64,000 bases of DNA, taken from the NCBI GenBank assembly GCA_029953675.1, contig JAMWBK010000005.1, positions 372,001-436,000 on the forward strand, given 5' to 3'. Source of the stretch: Rhodosorus marinus CCMP1338 (lineage: Eukaryota > Plantae > Rhodophyta). How positions within the stretch are numbered: position 1 is the stretch's first letter; every line of letters begins with the position of its first letter. Of this stretch, positions 48,540 through 59,875 are shown piece by piece. The position numbers were made by a program, and so were the translations under genes. The notes beneath the pieces were generated by a model, which was not told where the DNA came from, made no database searches, and saw nothing but the letters and a program-made list of their open reading frames with translations.

Positions 48540-49100
48540 CTTTTCAAAGCTCGACTTGCGGTAAAAGGCTCCGAGCAGGAAATTGGAGAGTATGACCAGA
48601 CCATCATTCCAACCGGTGAGGTAATGGGGGCGCCGCGAGTTGCGATCGCAAATGCTCCCCATGAGTACTGGTTCAGAATGGGCGGGCTTTCAAGGATTTT
48701 ATGGGGACGGATGTGCTTTTAAGAGAGGCGGTCTTGTCCTATTCGTTAGTGTGGATGGTATCTTGATTGCTGTAGAAAGACACAAGCGGACGACGGGACC
48801 TAAAACAAATCTACGATGTTAAGGTCTAGGAGAAAGCGAAGTTAAATCTTCTGATCTGGCGGCCTCTCCGCGATCTTCCAAGTTTTTCGAGAAGATCCTA
48901 AAGAAGCGATACGCCTTCTAGATCAAGATCAGCGAATCCAGCCGAAGGCGTTGAACGAGTCAAGGCACGACTGATATTCCTACCCCATTGCCATTTATGA
49001 CTCGCTCACAAGTCTCCTAGCTTTCGCGGAGACCACATCGTTGCCCTAGCCCTGGGCATCAGTCGTGCTATCTGAACTGTTCCGTGGTTTCGTCCGCGAA
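48540..49100 (+). mobile_element. Degenerate Ty1/copia reverse transcriptase relic
   Basis: FKARLAVKGSEQEIGEYDQT (cf. YKARLVAKGF.Q..G.DY.ET), DGCAF...LVLFVSVDGILIA (decayed YVDD region), KQIYDVK.LGE. Confidence 0.7.
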
Positions 49101-49345
49101 ATACCCCCTTACTTTGTTACGAACCTCTTGATCTATTCAATCTGATCGACAGTGCAAAGGCCCGCCGATGCGTTCGGTACAAAACGCATTTCACGTGTGG
49201 TAGATCTCTCAGGCGACTGCAGGGGTCGAAGAGCATATTGTGTTGCGCGAACTTGACATGTTCCATCTTTTAATATGTTGTACAAGCCCGTTCCGTTGCC
49301 GATCATTAGAAAGCTGTTATCTTCAGTGAGTAATAGTGACCATAG

Positions 49346-50810
49346 TCATCGACGAGTTTTCGTTCTTGTTCTCCGAGGGGGTTTCCCTTTGTCCATGGGC
49401 TTCTTCCTCTTTCCTGCATACTCGACATCGCTATCTGCATCCTCCGAAACATCATCCGCATCAACATCGTCATCGTCGTCATCGCCTTCGTCGTTATCCC
49501 CAACTTCGTTCGCGCCCTTTCGTTTTTGCTTAGCCAACTGCTTTCTTTTTACATTCTCCTCTTGAACCTTTCGCCTTAGAGCCTTTTCCTCTTTGCGCAC
49601 GTCATGCCTTCTCTGCATTTCATAAACCTCATCAGCGCTTCGATGGATATACGCATGATAGAAAACCTTGCCCTCGCAAAAGAGTTCCTCCACTTTGACG
49701 AGCTTCATCGTTAGTCGTGGGCCAACCTCACGAAGACGGAGAGTAGTTTTTCCTCCCTTCCTTTTGGTTTTTCCTAAATTCTGTGGGAGATTCACTTGAG
49801 ATTCCTCAGGGCCTTCTCCTTCAGAATCAGAGGATACAAACCCAGTCCCTCCCTCTTCCGCGATCTGTGAGATGTCCTTCAAGCCCTTGAGATGTGGTAT
49901 CTGCGCATAAACGAAAAGCTTTTCTCAATCTTCTTGTGGAACTAGACGCACAATCCAGAGAACCACACCGGCGACAGATTTTCTTACCTTGTGCCTGACT
50001 ACAATGGATCGCACAGGTTTTGACAAGCCTGCTAAAGTAGCCCTCAGCAAGAAGTGCCGTATCGAAACAGTCTCGGTATGGGAATCGTAATCAACCAGAA
50101 TAACCCTTCGCACGTTGGACAGAGCCACATTCTTCACGTCAAGCTTTGGGAACATGTTCTCAAACACTGTAGCCATAATCTTAACATGATCTGGTCCGTT
50201 CCTGTTCATCAACAAATGCCTCGACTCGTTTAGCGTTATCAAAATGATGATCTTGCTACTTCAGCGCCTTCAGCGATATCTTCGCTTACGTAAAGTTATT
50301 CAACACAAGAAGCGGAGGCTCCTTCATGTCGTTTGACTCTAGAGAAATTGGTCTTCTCTGTGACGCCTTAACATCTTTGGACAAGGAAAACCCTTCCAGA
50401 TGAAACGTCAACGTTGGGCCGCGAGGATATTTCCCCACGCGCAGATAGGCTCCTCTCTGGACAGCAAAATAGAAAACAAGCGTCAGACCAGGGTGACATT
50501 GTGCGTAATTTTAAGAATCCACTGCTCCCACCTCAGTACAAGACACAAGCCAGAAATGCGAGATACCCAACCTTCCTGCAACCCCAAAGTAATCCTTCAT
50601 CTTCCCCTTCTTCCTCTCCTTCAAATGGAGAGCAGTATGAGGCATGAACATACGCCTCATATCTGGAACTAAATCCTTCAAGGAGACCGGCAATTCCCCA
50701 CGACGGATGACGAAAGATCTCGGAATCTTCCGTCCGCCATCCGCTCCCTCCTCCCCTCCATCAACAACGTGCGTTCGCCTCTTCCTTCTCCTACCCTTCT
50801 TCCTCGGCAT
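49346..50810 (-). CDS. PPAN: Peter Pan / SSF1 Brix-domain ribosome biogenesis protein, multi-exon
   Basis: KIPRSFVIRRG...DMRRMFMPHTALHLKERK; FENMFPKLDVKNVALSNVRRVIL; IRHF; LREVGPRLTMKLVKVEELFCEGKVFYH; basic/acidic tail. Confidence 0.93.
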
Positions 50811-51074
50811 CCTGGCAAAATGCTAGCACTCACGGAAAAGTACGCTTCCAATATCCTACTCCATTCCCACAATCCAGCGAACCATCACCCTTCCGACAAC
50901 CCTGCCCAGTATCCCCTTCCTCACATCTCATACCAGTACAATCCCCCCAACGGAACGACGACCGAATTCCTAAAATTCTCCTGACCGCTAACAAGTGAAA
51001 AATTCAGAACAGCCTGTCTATATATAATGGCCAGCCTGTTGTTTCCTAAGGACAGTCTGTCCTTTGTGATCGTG

Positions 51075-51321
51075 GCAAGTTACAGGGGTTTGTGGGAATG
51101 GGGGGTGGGGTCGCTGGATTGAACATGTCCTAGGCTTGCAAAGGTAGAGTTAGCTCGCATGCGACGGATGAGATGAATTTTTGTCAGTTGAATAAAAGGA
51201 AAATGCGGAAGGTTAATGTCGTTTGAGTTTCCGTAAGGCCTCACGACGCCAACCCCCCTCCCCGTTTCCGGACCTCCAACGGATGTTGTGATGTTAATGA
51301 GATACTGTCAGCAGCGCTAAT
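51075..51321. repeat. Left copy of a ~247-bp direct repeat (block A) abutting the outer end of the LTR
   Basis: GCAAG..ACAGGGGTTTGTGG...GTCAGCAGCGCTAAT aligns along its whole length with 56280-56527. Confidence 0.92.
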
Positions 51322-51609
51322 TGACACGTTCTCCATTAACGCGTGTCGGCGATCCAAAACAATTTTGAATTCCCTTTTTGTTTTTTATCTTTTATCGATC
51401 TTGGATGCTCCCTCTCTAGCTCTAATCCTGAGACGGAAGGTCGTAACTTCCGTATTTATAGGCTTCCAGTTCTTGTCCTGGGTTTGCTAGACTACTATTA
51501 TTAAATCTATCTTATCTAGTATTAGCCAAATGTCAGCCATTTGGCTCGACTATTATTAGACCTGTTTTGGCCTACACTCCTGACGGCTGACTTGTTCGGT
51601 CAGGGCGTT
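51322..51609 (-). repeat. 3' LTR of the chromovirus (inner boundary altered)
   Basis: Aligns with 55966-56279; ends ...GTGTCA on the minus strand. The expected TG start is replaced by a hairpin-forming sequence. Confidence 0.85.
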
Positions 51610-54600
51610 GTTACGCCCTTCAGTAGTTGTTACTACTGAAAGAAAGAACTATCCGGTGGAAGAAGAAGCTGCCTTGTGGAGGTTTGTATAAAACCGGATT
51701 TGTTTCTTGGTATTCTGGTTCTGCGGTAGTTGATGTTAGGGTAACCATCTCAAATCGTCCTTTGTCTCGCCTTCAAAGTAAACGAGATATTCATTCAGGT
51801 TCTTTTCATCTCGACGATGTCCCAAAACTGACTTCAACTCGCGCTGTGGTACGTCTGGTTGTAATGCAGGAACTACATGCGAACCTTCAGGTTCCGGTCC
51901 ATTGAACTTCCATAATAACGAGACATGAAAAACATCATGTAGTTGAGAATTCCCAGGGAGCTCCAGCTTACATGCTACGTTACCAATTTTTCGTAGAATT
52001 TTAAACGGTCCGACATACCTGGGCCGAAAAACTTTTGAATCTGGGAGTTGAAGATTCCGTGTTGACAAAGAGCACATATTCGCCTGTTTCAAAGTGGAGG
52101 TCTCTTTTGCCTCGGTCATAGTAGGAGCGTTGTCTTTCTTGGGCGTAGCGTAGATTGGCGCGGGCCAAGGAGTGTTGATCCTGTTGGCGGCGTAGGAGGT
52201 TTGTGGCTGCTTCCGGTAAAGGAGTAGCCGGGGTATCGTCCGGAATAATGAGATCAGGTAGTAAGGATGGATTTGCCCCATAAAGTAGCTCAAATGGGGA
52301 GAACTGCGTTGCTTCCGAGATCTGACGATTGTACACCAGCTCTGCAATCGATAGGTCTTCTGCCCAATTCGTTCCAGTCGAATTACAGCTCAGGTACGTC
52401 TCCAGCGTCTGATTGACTCGCTCTGTCTGTCCGTCTGTCTGTGGATGATATGCTGTACTCAAGTTTTGCCTTACTTGCAGCCTCTTCAACAATTCCCTCC
52501 AGAGCAGTCCCGTAAATTTTGGATCTCGGCCTCTCTAGGTATACCAGCAAACCTAACCCAATGACGTAAGAACAGTTTCGCGGTTTGTTGCACAGTCGCC
52601 GTTGTCGTCGTCGGTAAGAAACGGGCATACTTCGTGAACCGATCGACGATCACGAAGATCGCGTCGAACCCGTCCTCGGTTTGAGGTAGGGTGACAATGA
52701 AATCCATCGATACTGATTGAAATCTCCCGTCTGGAGCAGGTAGTGGATTCAACCTTCCCGCTGCAGTGTCGGAGTGGTTTTTGCCTCTGGCAAACTTCGC
52801 GGATTCTTAAGAATTTCTCGATATCCTGCTTCAGGGTTGACAAGTAGTATTTTCTCTTAATCAGGTTCCGGGTCTTGGTGATCCCAAAATGTCCCCCGGT
52901 GGGTACATTATGGTAACTTTGGAGGAGAGGGGTGACCATGATTTCCGGAACACATATTCGGTTATGCAAATACAAGGAGTCATTTCGCCGAACGAATCCT
53001 TGCTGCCGGTATCGCTCCGGATGCTCAAAGATGTCACTGAACGCCAGATCCTGCAGGTACGCTTGCCGCCACTCTGGATTTGGTACAACTGAAACGACTG
53101 TTAGTTGTTGTATGGCGTGACGACTTAGCGCATCCGCAATATTCTCCTTGCCCTGTTTATAGTTGATATTGAACTGAAAGGGCATTAACCGATATAAATA
53201 TCGGGCTTGCCGCTTCGTAAGTTCCTTCTGTGAATGTAAGAATCTCAATGGGTTGTGATCCGTGCGAACCGTAAACTCGACCCCCTCCAGATATGTGTGC
53301 CAGTGAAGGACTGCAGCGGCTAAAGCGAACAACTCTTGTTCATAGGTTGAGTATTTTACCTCTGCTTCTGTAAACCTTTTCGAGTAGTACGCGATCGGGT
53401 GTTCCCCGTCGTCAAAGGTTTGAAGAAGTACGGCACCTGCGCCCTTGTTGCTGGCGTCCGTACAAACGATGAACCCTTTCCCGAAGTCCGGGTTATGTAA
53501 AACTGGTTCGCTTGATAGTTTTGTCCGCAAACTATCGAAAGCTTGTTGCTGCTGTGCTCCCCCACTGAAACTTAACTCTTCTGTGTCAACTCTGTCAGCG
53601 GTGCCGCAATTAGGCTGAATCGCGATACATGATTTCGTAGGTAGCCCGTAAAAAGAAAGGACCTGACGTCTTGAACATTCTTCGGGGTTCGCCAGTTTTT
53701 GAGAGCAGCTACTTTGCCGGGGTCCGGTCGCCGTTTCCCGCTTCCAACTAGGTGTCCCAAATACTTCGTCTCGGGAACTCCAAAAGTACACTTTGATAGC
53801 TTGGCAAACAATTTATGTTTGCGTAGTTTGTTGAACACCACACCCAGGTGCCTTCTGTGTGTTTCCAGGTTCGGTGAATAAATGACAAGATCGTCGAAGA
53901 AAATCATGACAAAGTCATTAAGCTCGTTGAAAAAGATGTGGTTCAAAAGTCTGGTGAACACTGCTGGTGCATTTGTCAGACCGAATGGCATGACAAGCCA
54001 TTCGTATAGTCCGAATGGTGTTGTGAATGCCGTCTTCTGGATATCCTCCTCCTTCACTCTTAGTTGCCGGTATCCACCCCGCAGATCGACCACACTGAGG
54101 TAAGATGCAGTACCCAACGCATCGAGGCAATCATCAACCCGCGGCGGCTTCGTTTGATTCGCAATTGTCTGCTGGTTCAATCTCCTGTAATCAATAGACA
54201 ACCGCTTACCGCCATCCTTTTTGTCAACAAAAGGCAGGGGGACGCGAAAGGAGATGAACTCGGCCGAATCAGCTTCCTCTGTAAACAAGTTCTGTAGCTG
54301 CTTCTTTAGTTCGCGTTGGTCTGGGAGATTCATCCGGTACGGTCGTTCTGCCACTGCTTCTGCTCCCGGTTGTAGCTCGATATCAAAGTTAACCTCGCGC
54401 CATGGAGGTAGCTCATGAACTTCGTCGGCGAATACCGTTTCGTATGTTGAGGTGATCCAACCTTTCAACTCCATAGCTTCTCTCTTTCGTGTTGCTTCTT
54501 GGGTTTTCACATCCGGTTCCTCTTTTTCAATTTTTCCTGTTGTAAAACTTTCTGATTCATTTTCTGGTTTCTTTTCGGGTTGTATTCTGGTTCCAGGTAT

Positions 54601-55947
54601 CATTCCGCCTGGGTTTAAGATCAGCATCTGGTTGGAGATGTCGACTCGCGCTTGATAGTTGCGTAGGAAGTCTTGTCCCAAGTATGCCGGGCTCGCCGCT
54701 TCTTCTACGATATAGGGCTGCCACTCAAAGTAGTGATCACTTAGCTGTAAGGTTACGTTCACTTCGCCCAAAATCTCAATTGATGCTCCTGGGGCAGCGG
54801 TGTCCAATCGCCTATGTTGAGTTGGGACTATTGGAGTGGCGTCTGGGATGCCACGCAGGACGGAATGGCTACTTCCGGTATCGATCAGGAGGGCCTGCTT
54901 CTTCCCATTCAAGAACCCTGTGACCGTGAAGTTTGCACTGAAGGGAACCCGAACGCCTTTGTCAGCAACAGTGTCGGCGCTTCCTACTGCTGCTCCTCGT
55001 TTAACTCCTGTGTTTTAGGGGGTGCCGATTTCGAAAAAGTCGGATCCCGGTCTGGGTTGTCCCAGCATATCCATTGGGTATGCCCCTTTTTCCCGCAAAA
55101 ATAATTACAGATAACGTTGGCATAGCTGCGCCTTTTCATCTCCTGGTTGGTCGGTTGGTACGGGCGTCCGGAACGGGTTCCTCGGCTCACGAGGGGAAGA
55201 GGCGTCACGGATTTCACAGCTTCTGTTTTCCGCTGACTTGAACCTTGATGGTTTCTCATTCCCGATGTGCAGCTAGCCATCTCAGCGCCTTCGATTTTTA
55301 GAGCAAGGGCCTGCGCCGCTTCATAGGTCTGCACGTCTTAGATATATATGTATGCAAGATGTGCAGACCTGAAGCGGAGCAGGATATATATGTATTTCTT
55401 GATGTCCGGTTTGTTGCCTTCGACGAATCTATCAAATTTCTCGGAGTCCGAGATTTCTCCAACCTGGATCAGGCATTTTATTGAATTTTGCCGAATATGC
55501 CGCATGTACAGGCGTTTTCTGTTCTGCCTGTGCGAGTTGCTGTTTCGCACGGATCTTAGCGTCCGCTGGGTAGAACTGGGCTTTAAGCGTATTCTCGAAA
55601 CCTGCATATGTCGACAGTCTCTGGCTGTCGGGAAGTAGTGACCACCAATAGGAAGCGTCACCAGTGAGATAACCCTCGGCCAGGGTAAGCTTATATTCAT
55701 CGTCATCTTCGGGTAGTCGCGCTAATTTAAAATATGCTCGTAAGCTGTTTAGGAACCTGCTAATCAGCAATGCATCCCTGCGTCCGTCGTAAGCCTTCGG
55801 TTGCGGGGCCTGGATATTAATGAGTGACGACATTCTAACTCTGGTTCCTAGGTCTCAGGTTTTCAGGTTTTCCAGGTTCTTCAGGTTTTTTGAGGTTCTG
55901 GGCTCATTCGTGTTCCTCAATCGCAAAACTCATGCGGATGAGTTTTG

Positions 55948-55963
55948 CGGTGAGATGAGACCA
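55948..55963 (-). promoter_or_regulatory. Putative primer-binding site
   Basis: Minus strand reads LTR-CA, AT, then TGGTCTCATCTCACCG. TGG two bases after the LTR is the canonical PBS position; the cognate tRNA is not identified. Confidence 0.55.
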
Positions 55964-55965
55964 AT

Positions 55966-56279
55966 TGACACGTTCTCCATTAACGCGTGTCGGTGATCCA
56001 AAATAATTTTAAATTCCCTTTTGGGTTTTGTCTTTTATCTATCTTGGATACTCCTTCTCTAGCTCTAATCCTGTAACCATTCATTCAATCCTGAGACGGA
56101 AGGTCGTAACTTCCGTATTTATAGGCTTCCGGTTCATGTCCTGGGTTTGCTAGACTACTATTATTAGATCTAGACATATCTAGTATTAGCCAAATGTCAG
56201 CCATTTGGCCCGACTATTATTAGACCTGTTTTGGGCTACACTCCTGACGGCTGACTTGTTGTTCGGTCAGGACGTCACA
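55966..56279 (-). repeat. 5' LTR of the chromovirus
   Basis: Minus strand starts TGTGACGTCC and ends GTGTCA; carries a ~20-bp insertion relative to the other LTR. Confidence 0.9.
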
Positions 56280-56527
56280 GCAAAGTCACAGGGGTTTGTG
56301 GGGCGGGGGTGGGGTCGCTGGATTGAACATGTCCTAAGCTCGCAAAGTTAGATTTAGCTCGCATGCGACGGATGAGATGAATTTCTGTCAGCTGAATAAA
56401 ACGAAAATGCGGAAGCTTAATGTCGTTTGAGTAAGGCCTCACGACGCCAACCCCCCCCCCCCCCACCCCCTTTCCTGACCTCCAATGGATGTTGTGATGT
56501 TGATGAGATAGTGTCAGCAGCGCTAAT
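56280..56527. repeat. Right copy of the ~247-bp direct repeat (block A)
   Basis: Same orientation as 51075-51321 and directly abuts the LTR end at 56279. Confidence 0.92.
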
Positions 56528-56531
56528 AGTA

Positions 56532-56651
56532 GGGTTGTGCCCAGTGGGTCGAGTTTTTTCGCTGTTTACCCCTCTAAACCCCCCTGTTTTCGGGGGTTTA
56601 ACCACGTCAGGGTCGTAGGCAGAGAAAAACTCGACCCACTTGGCACAACCC
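56532..56651. mobile_element. 120-bp MITE with 27-bp TIRs and TA target duplication
   Basis: TA|GGGTTGTGCCCAGTGGGTCGAGTTTTT ... AAAAACTCGACCCACTTGGCACAACCC|TA; one mismatch between the TIRs. Confidence 0.88.
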
Positions 56652-58394
56652 TACTTATAGGGTCTCGTGTCTACTCCTGCGGGTTTGGACGTAGACTGTA
56701 GTTCTTGAGTAGGTAATGTGGACAGAAGATAGAGTTCTAGCAACGTGGCATGTTTCGATATACATGCACGTGTGACACTAGTCTCGCGATTGAGTATCCG
56801 ACCGATTTTGCCGAAAATCATGACATCCCCTGTTGATCTGTAGTGTGCTAAATTTCAGAGTTCGTGTAGACCTCACTACATGTGCATACAGAAAATGAGG
56901 AGCTTTTCGTCGCACATCTACTGCAGGAATTGTCCCGCGTGGGCAGAGACATCCGCTGTCCACGTGGGAGCTGTTGGAGAATGGTTTCACAGTTCGGGCA
57001 CAGAACACAGTCGCTGGTCTCAGGTCTTGAAGACGATGGCCTCGCATGTAGCTAGCAGTACTACTGGTACTCTCTCATGTAGTACTCTAAGCGAAACTGT
57101 ACCGAGCAAAACCTGCCGATTCCCTTGCGCCGCATTTCGACAGCGGTCTTATGACTGGTAAATAAGTGGAAGGCATCTGGCTGATAGGAAGAAACCCAGG
57201 ACCCGCATGCATCGGGTTGGGTCAAGCCTGTTGTGCTTTTCAATATTCCTCCCCCCCAAGTCGGGAGTTGGAGAACGCAGGGTCGTTTTCGCGGGGTTAG
57301 CGGGAATTAGTTGGCAATAGGTGTATTCCGGTACGTCCGTTGAACAGCCAAATTTGGCTAAGCGGTCTGTGGACAGGACAGGGAAGCAGTTCTTCGGAGG
57401 GGGCGAAACAGAGGGCAGGGGATCCACAGAGTATGGGTGAGGAGAGATACCTGCCTCGACTAGGGCTTGGGAGCATTGCCCATTTTGTAGACAATTGAAT
57501 TTTTTGCAGTAAGCGGACTGATTGTCCTTCGCCCAAGAGCATTGGAAGGCCGAGGGAGAGTGCGGAAATAGAAGCGGATGCTTGCGCAGTCAGTTCTAGC
57601 TTGTCAACATCGAGTTTTTGTGGACGCCAGGCATAGACAAGTTTCTGGAGGTCGTTTCTTGACGAACTCCAGAAACTAATCATAACTCCTTAGCTTTTTT
57701 CGTTTGAAGTTGCACAAGCTTCGCATAACTTTCTTATAGGAACCGTCCGAAACCCGACTAGCTGGTAAGGCCCGGGCTAAACTCATCGTACCTGGGACAC
57801 TGTCGGGTTGGCATCCTGAAGCTGTGATGGACTCCGTAAAACTTTCTCCTCCACATCTGGCACATAGCTGGGTTGCATCAATCTCACGATCACCTATGTT
57901 TGCTCCAATCTACTCAATAATCGCAGGGCAGTATGTCAACCCACAGTCGCCCAGCTTTCACATTTGTAGCAGGCCTTCAATCAATTCTCTCCTCTCTACA
58001 ATATATTAAAATACTTAACAAAAACATGATGCAAAATTTATAGCCAATAGAAAAGGCTTGCTGCGGTGATCTACCATTCATAAACCCCTAAGAACCCAGA
58101 ATCCTTATTATTGGTGTTTGTTTCTTGAATATGAGTATAAAAGAGGTTATTCTTTAGAATACTACTTTATACAATTTAATCCTTTAGGTTTATCCAATGG
58201 TTGACCGTTAATTCAGATGTTAGCCAATCATGTAATTCCCGACCAAATCAAAACAGGTCTACCCAAACTGGGCTTTGTTTTGCAGGGCATATCTACTCGA
58301 TTTCACTCACTGACTAAACGGGCAACCCACTTTCAAGGTTCGGGGCAATTTATTATATTCTAAAGAGCGCGGGAAATGTGAAATATTCCCCACC

Positions 58395-58470
58395 TGTAAC
58401 ACCCGGCCGGCAACCCTACTTAGTATGCAGAGGCCTGCATACCAAGCAAGGCTGCCGGCCGGGTGCTACA
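58395..58470. repeat. 76-bp inverted repeat (36-bp arms, 4-nt loop) with TG...CA ends
   Basis: TGTAACACCCGGCCGGCAACCCTACTTAGTATGCAG-AGGC-CTGCATACCAAGCAAGGCTGCCGGCCGGGTGCTACA; 5 mismatches between the arms. Confidence 0.9.
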
Positions 58471-59243
58471 GCCTGTTTAATCGAGAAGTTTCTGTCCAAG
58501 CGCCGATGCTCGTTGGTTCTCCTCATCTGTAGAGTTCAGAGGCAACCAACCGAAGCTAACAATCTCGTACGTGCAAACTGCAAGTCTGGAGACCAAGGTT
58601 TTCAAAGTTTTCGAGGAAACCTCGCAACTGGCACAAGTCATGGAGTACCCATGTATCACTCACCCCGAAGAGCCCCAAGTTGATGGCAACTACTAACCCT
58701 GACCAACCTTTGGCAGTGTGGGGTAGTGCCAGGTGCCTAACAGGAAGATGCCAGTAAGCTCCGCACGTTTAGTTCTCCAAAGGCTCTTGAGAGAAACTCT
58801 CATTTCAGGAAACTCCATAGAAGCCTGGGCAAGAGACCGAAGGTTTGAAAAAGAAAATGACTGGTCATCGGGGACGCCACGCTCTACCAAGTACATCGCT
58901 GTACTGAACGAGAGCGGCAGAAACGCAGAACACGTAATCCTTCGCCTTTCATATTCCTTAATAGTTTACAGCGGGATCAATGCCCCAAGTCCCACCATGT
59001 AGGTCCCGATTCTTCCTGAGCCGGTGTAGGAGCGACGGTTGTTCCAAGATAAGGTATACTATTCTCTGAGCAGACGATCACAAATATTTCTATAAACATC
59101 TCTAGCCAAGCTCGCACTCCATAGGAACCACCGCAGGTTCAGAATGCCTCATTTAAAAATAAGATCAACGCCCCGGGAGGGTTTGTAAGGATAGATAATT
59201 TGGCCCCCCAGCTGATTCCCATCATACAACGATACTACAATTA

Positions 59244-59365
59244 GGGTTGTTCCAAGTGGGTCGGGTCTTTTGCTGTATACGATCCTCTTAAACCCCCCTG
59301 TTTTCGCGGGTTTAAACACTTCTGGGTCGTCAACAGCGAAAAACCCGACCCACTTGGCACAGCCC
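59244..59365. mobile_element. Second, more diverged copy of the MITE (122 bp)
   Basis: TA|GGGTTGTTCCAAGTGGGTCGGG ... CCCGACCCACTTGGCACAGCCC|TG; internal TAAACCCCCCTGTTTTCG shared with 56532-56651. Confidence 0.85.
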
Positions 59366-59815
59366 TGCGCTACTGTTGTGGTGTGTGTAGCCCTGAGGTC
59401 TCTATGGTCTCCATCAACCCGACCAAATCCTAAACGTACACGAAAAATCAGCAGCCAGAGAACTTCTAAAAGTAGAAATTCCATAGAAAGCCTAACAGGC
59501 GCTCCTCAACCCTAAAAATAATAAACAATTCCATCTACATTCCGTCATTTTTGCATGGACTAGATTTGTAATGTTTTTTTTTATGAAAACCCGCCAAAAA
59601 TATGGGAGCAGACTGTAGAGCCAGAGAAAGTGGAGGCGACTGTAGGGAAGGGACCGCTTTCATCACATGCTGCGAGTCGCTCGTTTTTGTGTATGACATC
59701 ATGAATAGCGTGGGAAAAAAAATACTCAAGGCGGGTGAGAATCTTATTTCGGCATGAATTTTGATCCTCTCCATGCAGAGTACGTTCTAAAATGTCATCT
59801 TCCGTTTGCTCACGA

Positions 59816-59875
59816 GATCTTGTCGCTACTGAATTGACTGCATATGATCTTGTCGCTACTGAATTGACTACATAC
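59816..59875. repeat. 30-bp tandem duplication
   Basis: GATCTTGTCGCTACTGAATTGACT(G/A)CATA(T/C) x2; a partial GATCTTGTCGC recurs near 60041. Confidence 0.9.

Larger units (their letters stand above)
51322..56279 (-). mobile_element. Ty3/gypsy LTR retrotransposon (chromovirus), full-length but decayed
   Basis: Gag (PKAYDG..YLTGDASYWW), Zn knuckle, protease LLIDTGSS, RT (IDYRRLN, MPFGLTNAP, FFDD), RNase H (TDAS, YEQEL, TDHNPL), integrase (H..H..C..C, SMDF, YHPQTDGQTER), GPY/F (YVGPF, FHVSLL) and chromodomain-like VLGHRR..EYLVYFEG..RW. Several frameshifts and stops. Confidence 0.96.

Noticed and set aside
51075-56527. Reading A+LTR as one long LTR or as DIRS/Ngaro split repeats
   Set aside because: The order is A-B on the left and B-A on the right, so they are not direct LTRs; the element has a DDE integrase and protease, not a tyrosine recombinase; only B has TG/CA-type ends and the PBS.
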